Source: Trichoplax adhaerens
Lineage: Eukaryota; Animalia; Placozoa
Direction of reading: 5' to 3'
Length of the DNA: 64,000 nucleotides
Assembly: GCF_000150275.1 (NCBI RefSeq)
Contig: NW_002060947.1
Coordinates: 2,903,740 to 2,967,739 of the forward strand
The notes beneath the pieces were generated by a model. That model saw only the letters and a list, made by a program, of their open reading frames with translations, did not search any database and was not told where the DNA came from. How positions within the stretch are numbered: position 1 is the stretch's first letter; each line of letters starts with the position of its first letter. A program made the position numbers and the translations under genes. Shown here in pieces: positions 27,901 to 40,742 of the stretch.

Positions 27901-28253
27901 TAATTCCCAAGGAAAGTAAAATACTTGCAATGCGTCTATGTGTCATACTGATAACTGACTTGATTAGCTGGGTACCGTATTATGCTGTGAATAATTTTGG
28001 TTTCATAACCAGTAGAGGTGTTGATGTTATTACATTACAATTTGTTGGTATTTTTGCACTTCCTATTAATTCTGCTGTTAATCCATTCTTGTATACCATA
28101 ACTGGTAGAGCTGTATTTAAAAGATTATTTATTCTTCCAGCGACTTGTTTAACCAAGTTCATTCGCAAACCGAAAAGTCAAGCTCAGCCTACCCGCTCAA
28201 AAGTTCTCATTCTCAGCACAATTTATAACACCCATGAGGACGATTACGAATGA
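6994..28253 (+). CDS. Giant leucine-rich-repeat GPCR (LGR; RXFP/GRL101-like type-C hinge and 7TM, no LDLa seen), ~48 exons, ~1,500 aa
   Basis: Exon 1 (6994-7072) encodes a signal peptide, MKSQWILCINFIAVVWLVIACSCGIA. Exon 2 (7158-7278) encodes an LRRNT, GCPSICNCSNSSISCSSSNLIALP. About 45 phase-2 exons (mostly 72 nt) each encode one LRR (xLxxNxIxxIxxxxFxxLxxLxxL). The last exon (27158-28253) encodes the hinge PYFCC..C..SSCQHLL and a rhodopsin 7TM with NLAMSD, SVDRF, TDLISWVP and LPINSAVNPFLY. Confidence 0.92.
7741..27044 (+). repeat. Array of ~45 one-LRR-per-exon cassettes (34 of 72 nt; others 63-84 nt, all multiples of 3, all phase 2)
   Basis: Examples: 7741-7812 IINNTSIRKIKARSFINYPELIVL; 9119-9190 MLRSNALLHIESKAFCMLQNLQYL; 26973-27044 DLRGNLLAYVSRKSFYGPPQLVET. 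Each is bounded by AG and GT (mostly gtaag). Counted by hand, so a few may have been missed. Confidence 0.88.
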
Positions 28254-28636
28254 TTAATTCATTCATTCATAAGTACTGAATATAAATGCATTACTTCTGG
28301 CATAAATAATGAAAAATAAATAGTCAATAATAAATAAATAAATATTTCACACATCTAGCGCCAGCGTAATGTACGATGTCAATTGCAACATGACTCACTT
28401 TGATATCATGGAAACAGCTCTATGTAGAAATAATGCCGTACCAAGAGCTGAAAGTAGGATTATGCTCGATATTATAGCGAATATCTTTAATAATATTGTT
28501 TAGGAATGGCAAATTTTACGAATTAAACTTATATCGCTCAAGTCGCCTGCTTCCACTGCGTGCGGTGATCCATTTGACTTTGCAAGATTTCAACATTTAT
28601 TGGAATGGTAAATTGTTCAGATTGGCGGTAACTTTA

Positions 28637-29505
28637 CTACTGTAGTATCTACTGTACAGTGTACAGTGTACAATGCAGTACTTAATGTCAGCGTTGAGTC
28701 AAATCCAGGATGCCGACTGTATTGCTGGTCATTTCAATAATGCCATAAGTCTGCAAGCGTACACTATCCACTTTGTGATCCAGATTCGCTACCCAAATTG
28801 TTTAACCTTGACATACTGTACAGTACAGTACAGTACAGTACAGTACAGTACAGTACAGTACAGTACAACTACTGTACGCTGTACTGTACAGTGTACAGTA
28901 TAACGTACTGTAGGTCCATCTTTGAATTCTATTCTGCAGACGGTCCAGACCGGACCAGACCATGAACACTGTACTGTACAGTACAGTATGTTGCGATCAG
29001 TACTATCAGTACTAAGATGGTACAGTACTGTACACTGTACAGTGTACAGTATAATATTGTAATTAATATTACCTTAATATTATTACTATCCCATACTACG
29101 CATAGTACTGTACAGTATAACGCGCTTGCTGTAGTGTACAGTATAAAGTACTGTAGATCCATCTTTGAATTCTACTGTACAGTACAGTACAGTATTCTGT
29201 AGACGGTCCGGACCGGACCAGACTATGTACAGTACTGTACACTGTAGCGTACTGTACACTGTACTGTACAGTATAGTACAGTACAGTACAGTATATGGGC
29301 TTTTACAATACTGTACTGTACACTGTAGTACATAGTACTGTACTTTACTGTTGCGACATTGTGAAACTGTACAATACAGTAGATAGCAATTTACTGTTAC
29401 GTGTACAGTAGTGACTGTCAGCAAAAGTAGTGAACCGAAGCGAAATTTCTCTGGTTTACGCAGTACAGTCATGGTACTGTACACTGTGCACTGTAGAGTA
29501 CAGTA
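28637..29505. repeat. TACAG/TACTG (ACAGT) pentamer array in mixed orientation, block 1
   Basis: Runs such as tactgtacagtacagtacagtacagta (~28813-28867) plus tacagtgta and tacactgta variants, interleaved with unique sequence. Confidence 0.95.
28891..29227 (+). repeat. Local duplication of a 74-bp unit (28891-28964 and 29134-29227); copy 2 carries a 20-nt TA-flanked insertion
   Basis: The unit gtgtacagtataa.gtactgtag.tccatctttgaattcTA-ttctg.agacggtcc.gaccggaccagac.atg is present twice with 5 mismatches. Copy 2 has an extra CTGTACAGTACAGTACAGTA at 29175-29194. Confidence 0.9.
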
Positions 29506-29879
29506 CTCAAAGTCAAGGGCTCAAGGCTCTCTGAATATTCTTGATTCACTATCGAGTCAAGAAATGCTATCAGGAACATGTAAAGAAAAAGAAAGAGTAA
29601 TGACCAGCTCTGTGTTGAACTCATTATTTTAAACCATAGAAGAAACTCATTGAGAGACATAAAAAAGATCTTTATAATAAAATACTAAGATTCTATCTTT
29701 AAGAAATCCTGCTGTACAGCATTGTACAGTTCCTACGAATACAGTGCCGTAGTAGAGCAATCACAAGAACTCTGAAATAAAGTAGATTTTCTTATGCTTT
29801 CAAAATCATGGACTGAAAAAGGACTGACACTGCCGCATTGTTATGAACTTATGATCATTGATCATAAACACTATAGTAG

Positions 29880-30157
29880 ATACAGTACGTACAGTGTACA
29901 CTGTACAGTACTGTATTGTACTGTACTGTACTGTACTGTACTGTCCAGTACAGTACAGTGCATAGTGCACGGTCACAGTACTGTACTGTACAGTACAGTA
30001 TACTGTAGGACAGGATCTCAGTACTGTACTGTACTGTACTGTACTGTACTGTACTGTACACTGTGTCTGGTACCGCACTGTACTGTACTGTACTGTACAC
30101 AGTGTACAGTACGTACACTCGTACAGTACAGTATTGCGTACTGTAGCGTACAGTACG
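29880..30157. repeat. TACAG/TACTG pentamer array, block 2, immediately upstream of ARID1
   Basis: Dense (tactg)n/(cagta)n. It ends ~100 nt before a strong donor (ctcaag|gtaagg, ~30259) that probably closes a non-coding first exon of ARID1. Confidence 0.95.
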
Positions 30158-30614
30158 CAATTTTCAGCGCCGTTCACGATTGAACACAATCCACAAAGCT
30201 TTATACACTAGTGCATAGCGGTAAACGTCAGATTTCGATACAAAAGAAAAGGACTCAAGGTAAGGAAAGGGAACAAAAGACAGTATATTAAGAAAGAGTG
30301 ATATAACGTAAAGAATTATTGAGTTGTGTAAAACGATCTTTATAACGTAGTGTGTTTACTATATCCTATTGGATTGACTTGTGAGTCGTATCCTTCTTTT
30401 CCTTACTTTATCAAGTATCAAATTGTGCTTTAGACTGCGTTAGAAATATCGTAGTGTTGCTGCATTGAATGTTACAACAACTTCAATGTCCCAAGAATCA
30501 TTGCAGTAGATCGACTTATTCCATGTTCTCTACAGCAGTATTCCTTGAGTTGTTATTTCACTTTTACGATTAACAAATCCAATATCATATTTGATAGATT
30601 GGATTAAAAGTAGT

Positions 30615-33600
30615 ATGGATGGTAAAGATTTATGTAAAACTCCGTATCCTAATTCTGGTAGCCACGTCGATATGTTCAACTTAAAACAACCGCGATATCA
30701 ACCTGGTCATACCAACATAGCCATCAATCGCGGCGAGAGCAATAATGTAGCCAACATAAGTAACTCATCCTTTGCAGCAGGTAATAGAAATTCATTTAAA
30801 GTAATACCACCATTCTAGATAGATAGATAGATGCTTGCTATTAACACTATTTACAAATAGGATAATAATTAATAATAGAATATTATGTTTCAATTGCTAG
30901 ATAACACTTCCAATTCATCAGTTGGTTATCGACAGGGTACTTTTGTTAGAAATAAAGGAGTCGCATCTGCCTATGAACGATTGGGAAATTCAGCTATGGC
31001 TAATATGCAGGCACAGCAGCAGCATCATCAGCCACAAATTAATCCTAGCAATAATAGAAATGCGAATACAAATGCTAACTTAAATGCTTTGGTAAGACAT
31101 CAAGCACCTAATCAGTATGGAAGTAACGAAAATTTACAAATGGCATCGCATGGCAAGACGACACCGTTACCTTACCGAGTTCCCGTTCAACAACAACAGC
31201 ACCAGCAACAATCACAAGCGCAATTAATTAATATGCAACAAGGTCAGCGAGCATACTTGCAACGACACCATCAATCGCATGATCCATCTAGTCAACAGTT
31301 ACAACTTGATGCCGCGTCTCGGACAATAGATCCTCGTAGCCAGCTGCAGTATCAAAATTATTCTTATCAGTCAAACTATAATCGAAATATTCCATCGTAT
31401 CATTCGTCTCATCAACAATTGCAACAAAGACGTAAGACAAATGATACGACTTTAGCTGGAAATGACGGTAATAATGCTAGTAGTGGTACTGGTGGTAGTT
31501 ATATGGATAATTCTGGTGGTATTCACACTGGACAATATCGAAACAGGCAAATTGCTTCTGAAACCTCTGTCAATGTTAATCCTCAGGTATTTATAGAAGA
31601 TATGGTGATTTTTATCATCCTTTCCTACGTCAAATTATTCACCTGTTTTATCGTACATCTTATACTATCTATTTGATATGACTGAATTATAAGTTGAAAT
31701 TACGCGATATGTCGGGACTCTTATTTGATACAGTATCCTCACGTCTTAATGTACGGTTTAAGATCATACCTTAATGCTTATTAGTAATACTAACTAATAT
31801 ACATGTATATCCAATTAGGATGGTTATAATTATAATATTGGTATTCTCTGTTTTAAATGCAACTACTGTATATATACTGCCCTTGCGATCATATCTAAAA
31901 ATCATTTCATTAATTCAGAAGTTAGCCCGTATTAAATGTTATTCTATACTGTTTATAAGGCTACGAGTGGAAAGAGTATTTACCATCCTTTACATATTTG
32001 TGATTAATATCAATTTTCCAGCTTTACAAGTTTTGACAGTAACAGTGTTTCAGTATTTAGTATCATACGTACATAGTATTGACAAAAATTACATATAAAC
32101 ATAAGTATCTTTTTACATGATTTGGTATTCATAGTGTCATTTATATCAAATTAGTTAATTTATAATATTTGTATCGTAGTTATCTACCTACTTGCATAAA
32201 CTTGATTCTGTATTCTGTAGTTCCTGGCTTATTCGCAGTAATTGATTTTACCTAGTTCAAAAACATTTCTGATTGATACTACTTTCAGTTATGCAGCATA
32301 TTCTGCATGATCTTTACTTATTAATAGTCTCTATAACCTCGGATTTGAAAGTTTTAAAAGATTGCTTCAGTAGTTCGCTGATTAGCAGGTTCTACTTAAT
32401 TACACAGTATCATCTGTATTAAATAAAATACTCTGGTCGTCATTCTGTAGTATTTATGTTTAGACTATTTCTTTTATTAGCATCGTTGATAGATTGTGCT
32501 GTAGATTGTTATGATGATTTGCGTTGGTGTTAACTAGTAATTTTGTATTCTTTAGTATCATCAGATAGAATCAAATCAGCCAGGAAAAGCACAGCAGCAA
32601 CAGCAACAATCTGCAATGCCTAGCCAACATGTAGCGAGTCCAATCTTATCACCTAACTATGGTAGAAACGATGGTATTAGTAATATACCCACGAAATCGA
32701 ATCCAATTCAACAACAATCGTTACAAACTTATGCTATACAAGCACAACAGTTGAAGTTACAAACGCAACAGATAGATAACAGGTCTATCTTGCAGAGATC
32801 GTTGGCACAGTCAGGACCTAAGCAAACCAGCCAACAATCATATTTTCGTCCTAATTATCAGAATACTCACATTTCACAATCACAGAGACAACAGGTGATA
32901 CAAGTTCCTATCACTCGACATTCTACTGGAACTGCGCAAGTGTTACAGCATAAGGTATAAACAAGTACCTTTGCATATTTTATTTCCTTCATTATATTAA
33001 TTACCATATATTATAATTCTTAACTTAAATATTATAGGCTTCATCTGGACTCGGAACCGGAAATAGTATGATCCAGCCTTCTATGACATCAGTTCTAGAG
33101 GGCCAGTCGAGACCAACTAGACACTCACCTGTAAACTCTATGGCAAATTCGAACAATCAAGCTACGGTATTCAAACAACGTACACCAGCACTGTTAAACC
33201 AATCTTCTGGACCGTCACCTTCTCTAAAACGTAATTAATTAATACAGTACTTACATATTGTAGTCAAATAGTAATATAAAAATAAATATAGCGTTAATGA
33301 TGATAATTAACCGCTTTAATGTTATCGCTAACTGGCTTCACAGACCAGAATACTATGTCCGCGACTGTTACACAACATGATGACCAATTAGGTATGGTTT
33401 AATTAGCTTATGTAAAGCGTATGATTAAAGTTTTTTACTGTTTAAAAGCGTTTGTGATAAAGATCATCTAGTAATGTAGCGTAAAATACAATCCTCAAAT
33501 AATCCTAATCGATGTTTTAGCACTCACTGTTAGTCTTAACAATAAATTAACGAGATGTATTGCATCTGCGCGTTATCAAAAAATTTAGCTCGTTCTGATT

Positions 33601-36600
33601 CATCTCCGTATTTACGTGGAGATGTATCGAGCCGAAGACCTGGGAAGAACGTTCCAGGAAGTTTGAACGTTGGCAATGATTTGACAGATGCGTCACAATT
33701 GGATGATATTCTTAGTGATCTTTTGGATCCACCTATTGGTCTTTCACCAGTAAGCTTAGATAGCGATTGTTAAAGCTTCAGTTTGATAACGAAATAGGAT
33801 CAATAGATGTTTTTTAAACCAATTTTGCTTCAAGCATTTGATTGTGCGGTATGGCTATAGTTGATTTAAATGACTTATTTAAATAGGATAAATTAAATAC
33901 TGATGACTTTGCTAATTTTAATGTGTTGTAGGTTTCGCAATCTAGTAGAAATACTCCTCGTGCTGTTTCCCCAGTAGGCTATGAGAAAGTAAATCAGTGT
34001 TAAATGGCCTAAATATAGTTTATTTTAAATTTTTAACCGTGTATTATTTCCATTTTAAAGGTTGATCATTTGTATAAATTATACAATAACAAGAAGCAGA
34101 AGGCTTTTTTAGATGAGCTTCTTTCATTACGACAAGCCCAAGGTAACTAAAACTGTAAAATATGTATCACTAACTTACATTTAGAAATGCTGCATAACTT
34201 TACTAAATTATCGCGTAAAATCAGGTAATCCAGTTGAAAGAGTTCCAATTATGAACAAGCAATTACTGGATCTATATAACTTATATAAATATGTGAAGGA
34301 TCTAGGAGGTTCTACCGAGGTAAATTGTTAACAAAGTTAGCAGTAAGGCAGAATCCCATTGTAAAGTATAGGAACTTCTAAATCATTTCTTGTTCATACA
34401 GGTAACTGAGAAAAAATTATGGAAAGAAGTTGCTACTAGTATGGGATTTGAAAGTTCAGTTATGATTATTAACGCTCTTTTTACTCACTACGTACATTAC
34501 ATCCTTCCTTATGAATGCAAAAATGATAAAGATGGTATCGATGTTAAGATAGAGACTGAATATTTACGCGGTATTAAAAAGAAAAATTATGATGATGAGA
34601 ACGTCGATCAGAGCACACCTACTCGCAATACGTATTCACCACAAAATAGCAAAGCTACGACGAAATCAAACAAAGAAATCCTCAATGATAAAGAATTAAC
34701 GGATACCGTAGTTGATCTTGCTGATTTTGTAAATTCAGACGATTTTGATTTTAATTTTGATCTACCAGATTATATATTATCACATGAACATGAAGCATCT
34801 AATTCTAGCGAATCTGCGAATGTCTCTAAGCCTCCTAATTCTCGTGCACATGAGTTAAAATCACCAGGTCATAAAGCTGTACCATCTTCAAGCCCAGCTG
34901 CTAGACCAGCGTATATGTCATCAGCGCCTTGCCCTCAAAGCTATGATAACACTTCGACGAATAATGCGAACTCTTGGAATGAAAAATCTAGTTTAGAAAC
35001 ATTTAATAATGGCGCTAAAAATCAATTAGGTATTCCGTGATATCTACTTTTGGGTTGTATTAATAGAGATTTGATTATTTCTAACCATCGTCATCTTTAT
35101 CTAGTAGCTAATAATCCTAATGCTTACCCGGTCGCGTCGCAAGGTCAAAGGTCTGGACCTGGGGTCGCATTATCGGCTGCATCACTAAAGCAGAGTTACT
35201 TGAATAACAACAACGATACCAGATCTGAGGTTACGAATCGTTATGTGAGTAACAATTTTATTATTTATCCTATCTGACGATTTCTGTAGTCTAGGATAAA
35301 GTATATAACCTTTTCGTTATACTTTTGATTATGATATCATGTTTGTTGTTCAATTTACCTTGCTTTGATGATCTTTAAGTGTATGCGCATACAAGCGATT
35401 GTAAATCGTTGCATTTAGTGTTTTAGCGCGGTCGTAAGAATCATAATCTTGCAAATTTCTAATATATATGTAAAGCGCGTATGCGAGAAACATTTTTTTA
35501 GTACCATAAAGTATCTTCTTACTATAATTGACGCTCTAATAGGCTTTAAGTAGTGAAACCATCATTTGCTGATGTTTAATTCGTAATGATATAGAATGGA
35601 TTTTCTCTCAAATTAAAGGAGCAGAACAGAATTACTCAGAAAGCTGTAATTTCAAGGAGTAAAGAAAGTATAATTGTGGAAAACACAAAAGTCACATTGA
35701 GAGAGAGAAGGAAAAAAACTGCTCATGAACTAGGTGAAATACATTGAATTACGTATTATTATGTTGTGCAAGTTTAGCTATAATGTTTAGCTTCATACGC
35801 CAACTACGTCTACCATATTACTAACTTGAACTTATTGCGGTCTTTATTTTAGGACCCGTAGAAGCATGGCGTTTGCTGATGTCACTAAAGTCAGGACTAT
35901 TAATTGAATCGACTTGGGCACTAGATACACTTAACATATTATTAGAAGATAATCAGACAGTGGGATACTTCGATTTGGCACGCTTACCAGGGCTATTAGA
36001 TGCCATTCTTGATCATTACATAACGTCTCTGTCAATAATTTTTAAAAGCGTTAGAGACATAAAATCCAATGATATAAAAGTTGATCGATTAGTGCAACAA
36101 AAGATTGATATTCTCATTCAAAGCGAACTAGAGGAACTTTCTTACATTCAACACTCTTTGTCCAATCTTAACACTCCAAAATTGGATAAAATGCTTGTTC
36201 TGGAAAATAAGCGCTGTAAACTTTCCAGTTCGTTCTCCGATATCAATATGTCTAATCTAAATGAATCTGATCAAGCTACTCTATTTCAGGAAATCACTCA
36301 AAATGGTGATTTGCTAAAAAATGGGGATACTGAAATGATGGATATAGAGGGAGAAAATGATTTAGCAAATCATTCGCCGGGCTCTTCCGACAGAGAGAGT
36401 ATGGTGCAATCTATAGAATATCGCCGTAGTGCTAATTTACAGGAGTGCTGCTTATATACCCAAAGTGAATCTGATGATGAGGCATCCAGACGCTGCATTT
36501 GTATTTCGAATATATTTAGGAGTTTGTCATTTATTGTTGGTAATGATGTTATAATGTGTAAACATTTACGACTATTACACACTTTAAGTCAAATGTTAAT

Positions 36601-37345
36601 GCTGAAAGATAGTAACTCATCGAAATGGTGGTGGAACTGCCTTCAAGTCATAAGACAAAATACTCTTGTTGTTTTTTCCAATTTATCTGGTCAACTGGAT
36701 GTTACCTTGTTACCTGACGATCTCTCAAGACCGATTATAGAAGCACTAATTTACTGGTGTGTTTGTAAGTGCGCTGAGGCAGTAGATGTGTTTCCACCCT
36801 CTGCAAATGCGCCGGGGCTTTCTATGGAAAAGTTGGCTTTAGAGTCATTGGCAAAGATCAGTATTCTGAAAAACAATCAGAATACACTATCATCAATAAT
36901 AAGCCCAGCTCTCGCACAACAGTTGAGTGCATGCTTAGTGGAACTTGTTAGTAATCGCATGCATGTATCAAGTAGAGAATTTGCTGTAGTTCTCATATCG
37001 AATTTTTTTCGATCTGAGAAAGCATTTTGCGAAGAATGTTATTCGAACACGTGTCTATCTTCATTAATTCGTTTTATTGAGGATCATGTTTCCATTGTCA
37101 CAGTTCGTTTATCGACAAGAAAAATATCGAACGAGCAGCGAATTGATCATGAACATTTGGGTGGCACAAGCAATTACATACTTTGTTGTGCTGCGGAAGC
37201 TATAGCTGCGCTTGCTAGATCGATCGAAAATAAAGAACACTTTCTTCCGTACATTGATCGAATATTAAACCTTACTATGTCCAGGAATTTGGTATCGAAG
37301 GTGATCAATATCTTAGCTCAAGCACTGCATGACGGTAGCATGTAA
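30615..37345 (+). CDS. ARID1: ARID1 / BAF250 / Osa subunit of the SWI/SNF (cBAF) complex, multi-exon
   Basis: Q/N/S-rich N-terminal exons. The ARID domain is split over exons near 34061-34142, 34225-34320 and 34402 onward (AFLDELLSL..GNPVERVPIMNKQLLDLYNLYKYVKDLGGSTEVTEKKLWKEVA..YVHYILPYE). The terminal exon starts at ~35853 and encodes the BAF250_C/ARM region (EAWRLLMSLKSGLLIESTWALDTLNILL; RRCICISNIFRSLSFIVGND; WWWNCLQVIRQNTLV). The start ATG is inferred. Confidence 0.93.
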
Positions 37346-39423
37346 AATTAAACATCAATGATTATAAAGTAAAGTAGTGTCTGCCTTGCATTGAGAGTTT
37401 ATCGTAAGTAGTGAGCATATATATGTGTATACTGTTTAAATATTTAAGTAGTGTTCATGTCTCATTTTACATCAATGGAATTGGTGTCTTTGTATTCATT
37501 AAATATGTTGGGACGATGTCTTTTGTAACGTTTTATCGTTCAAGTTTGTAATTATGTTTCGAATATTGCCAACAACCATTTTTCTGAGGTTGTGATCGAC
37601 GATATTCCTACAAGATGTTATATATTGTAGATACAATGTTAATCTATTATAATTATCAGAAAATTATCAATGTTAATAATATTCATAATCTTAAGCCGAA
37701 CCTACTTAATATTCACTTTCCTGTTATTAAGATAAATATGCTCTATTGTATTATCTGACTGTTAATACGAGCTAATTCTTCAAAAGTATATGAAGAAACT
37801 GTTTTTATTTAAATATCAATTCATAGCCTATACGGTTATCAGGATTTGATTTCTTTGTACATTGCAATAGAGGTCATAGTACTGTATTTCAGTAATACGA
37901 CTTAATTGATACAAATACGATGGCATCGCTGATGATGCTTTTCGTAATCGTTTTAAGTATTAAAATTGAGGCAATTTATAATTCATATTTATGACTTTTA
38001 CCGAACTTATAAATAATTATAATTATTAACAAAAAGAATTTCTGTGATTTACATTATTGTACTGCAGTAAATTTGTGTTGATGCTAAATAGTATCATCTA
38101 CAACTCTACGTGCAAAGTATCACTGTATAGAGTATATTCACATGCAAACTACATATGTACAGTTTAAGATGTTCGTATCTTACGGTCTACAGATATACGT
38201 ACGTAACATATACCGCAGTATTTTTGTTGTTTTTAAATGTTTCAGGGTGTTATTTATGAAATATTACATACAGTACTGTATTAAAGTGAACAATCCGTAC
38301 TAATATTATTATATACATTATTTCAAAGTGAATAAAATATTTACAACCGGTAGCTCAAGTTCCTTGTATTTCTATGAATCAGGATATATGAGTAAGCTGT
38401 GCTACTTGAATAACTTTACTAAGCAAATATAACAACGAAGGTGAACTAATTTTATTGCTTTCAAAAATGTAAGTATATCGACGATGTAATTTCGCCGAGA
38501 AAAATGACTTGCATCGATTGTACTAGCTAGGTAGGAGCATTTAATAAGGGTTGCAATTCTTAAATAGCATATCGTTTTATTGCTTGGTGAGGCAACGTTA
38601 ATAGTTTGTGCAAAGAGTTGTAAGAGCAGGTTGAAAACGTTATAAATTCAGCAGTCCTTGCAATACGAAGAGTTATGCCTCCTTGATTCCAAGTTAAAAG
38701 TATCAATATTGTGTATGCTGCATTTTCGAACAAGTATTGCTCCATATTGTATTGGCATTTCTTATTTATTGATTCAACACAAAATTGCTCGTACAGTATA
38801 TAACATTTTCATGAACAGCACATAAACCATAAATAAAAGTTTGATTTGGAACTAAAAAGTAACTTCCAAAATGCATAGTGAACACGTGTGTCTACTCTAC
38901 GTATACTGCATCCACATCAGGTAAACAGCTAAATAAAATTAATACTTTTAAATTGTAAATATATAATATCTATCAAGGCGGTTGTAGCGAAGTCATAGGT
39001 TGCCACAAGAATTGAATCCTTATTTGTAACCGGAAACCTCAGCTGAATGCTTCGCCATTCCTATTTAAAGCAAATCGCAGGTCTATTATTTAAGCTATCT
39101 TCAAGAAGGTAAATCGCAAGATAAAACATTTCAAATTACATCATCGATAAAGTTTATTTATTAACTAATAGTGTAATCGAATCCAACAATTATCATTAAT
39201 TGTATCAAAACATATATAATCATCTACGTTATAAATTTCAAATTAAGGATTAAGGTCCATGAAGCACTAGTAATGTTTTCACATTTGTATTGTTTTTAAA
39301 GATAGCTACTTTGCTTATTTCAGATGAAATAGCATTGACTAGACTGAATCCAGTTATGAAATATAAAAAAATTGGCATTCAGATTTTGTATTCATTCCCT
39401 GACCTTACTAATACCCAAACGTA

Positions 39424-40246
39424 TTAGACCTTGAAACCATGCTGTCTTAAGCAATCTTTATGCGCCTCTATTAAGTCTTGACAGTCTGCTTCACCTTTCT
39501 CTATCATGCTGTGTAAAAAATGAAAAAATTGTAACGTCAACGTTTAAGTGCTTTTACAATGATACACGGGTTATCAAGCATTGTATCAGCAGTTTCGAGT
39601 TTAAAGTAGCGAAATGAAGCCATTAGTAAGCAGTTACAAAACTGATCAATATATAATAATATGCTGATACTATTGTTGATTATATGACTTGTAAATAATA
39701 TTGCATGTACAGCTGGGCTACAGTTTTAGATGCTTGATTTTCGGTAACATGAGGCATATACTGCAAAGCACAATGCTATATTTATTGTGTCGTAACTGGG
39801 ATCGAGAAAACGAGGGCATAGCTGATTAATTTCAGCACAGTATACTAAGGATGATGCTTGTAGAATGCTACATTGAAGAAATTGATTGAAAAAAGAAGCT
39901 GCAATGACAAGTACAATGCTGAACAATCATGATTTACAGACTACTAAAGAGAAGGCTCCGAAAAAAAGGTAGTCTATAGCGTAAAGTTAAGCGATGGACT
40001 ACTGCATACTAGAATATGCAGCTGGACTGCATAGTACCCTAGTAGTACAGTACTGTACATTACGGTATTATGACAAAAGTAGGATCAAGTCCAATAGATT
40101 TACCAACTATTTTTACATATGTATCATATACAAATAGGCTTAAAAGTAGATAAGAATTACCACTGATCCCGAGCTTTTTTAGTTTCAGGGCAAGCACAAC
40201 AAGGTCTCAATTTCTTCGGGGTTTCTTTGGATTTTTTGTCGTCCAT
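39424..40246 (-). CDS. COX17: Cytochrome c oxidase copper chaperone COX17, 2 coding exons, 56 aa
   Basis: Exon 40246-40161 plus exon 39508-39424 gives [56 protein letters not shown]. It has the CCxC copper site and twin CX9C motifs, with GT-AG boundaries. Not in the ORF track. Confidence 0.97.
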
Positions 40247-40297
40247 AATTTATTAGCAATATTACTAATATGAGAGAGATCGATAGATCAACTAGTA

Positions 40298-40742
40298 TTA
40301 CTGTACTGTTCTACTGTACTGTACTGCCGAATGATTGATGGTAATCCCTATCCCGAAAGACTGAATTGCGCATGTACAAAAAGTTCGACCTTGTGGACCT
40401 TTTATCGTACTGTACAATCAGTGTACACTGTACTGTACAGTACAGTATTACGGATTTACAGACCACAGTACTTGTACACTACAGTACAGTACTGTATAGT
40501 ACAGTATACGGAGTACAGTACTATACTGAACAGTGTGTGTCAAAGTATTTTGTCACCTTGAAAAAGAATCAACCAGTGATCTTAATAAGTAAATATTGAT
40601 TAAAAGTTGTTACATTGCATAGCATTTATAGCTTTACTGTATTTTTAATGAAAAATATTGCCCGAAAGTGACAAAATGTTATGATACGTACTGTACAATG
40701 TCTCTGCCAATTACAATTTCTGTACTGTACTGTACTGTATAC
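40298..40742. repeat. TACAG/TACTG pentamer arrays directly upstream of COX17
   Basis: tactgtactg runs at ~40298-40326, 40407-40530 and 40688-40742; another short run lies in the COX17 intron (~40040-40060). Confidence 0.9.

Noticed and set aside
28813-30157. Repeat blocks separated by unique sequence, superficially CRISPR-like
   Set aside because: Eukaryotic intron-rich context, 5-nt units, irregular spacing and no cas genes.
28673-30189. Overlapping ORFs rich in YSTVQ/CTVLY (also 40331-40599)
   Set aside because: These are translations of the stop-free TACAG/TACTG pentamer repeat on both strands, with no sign of a real protein.
39400-39423. Possible splice donor just after the COX17 stop (3' UTR intron)
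   Set aside because: Weak donor context and no clear downstream acceptor or exon without transcript data.
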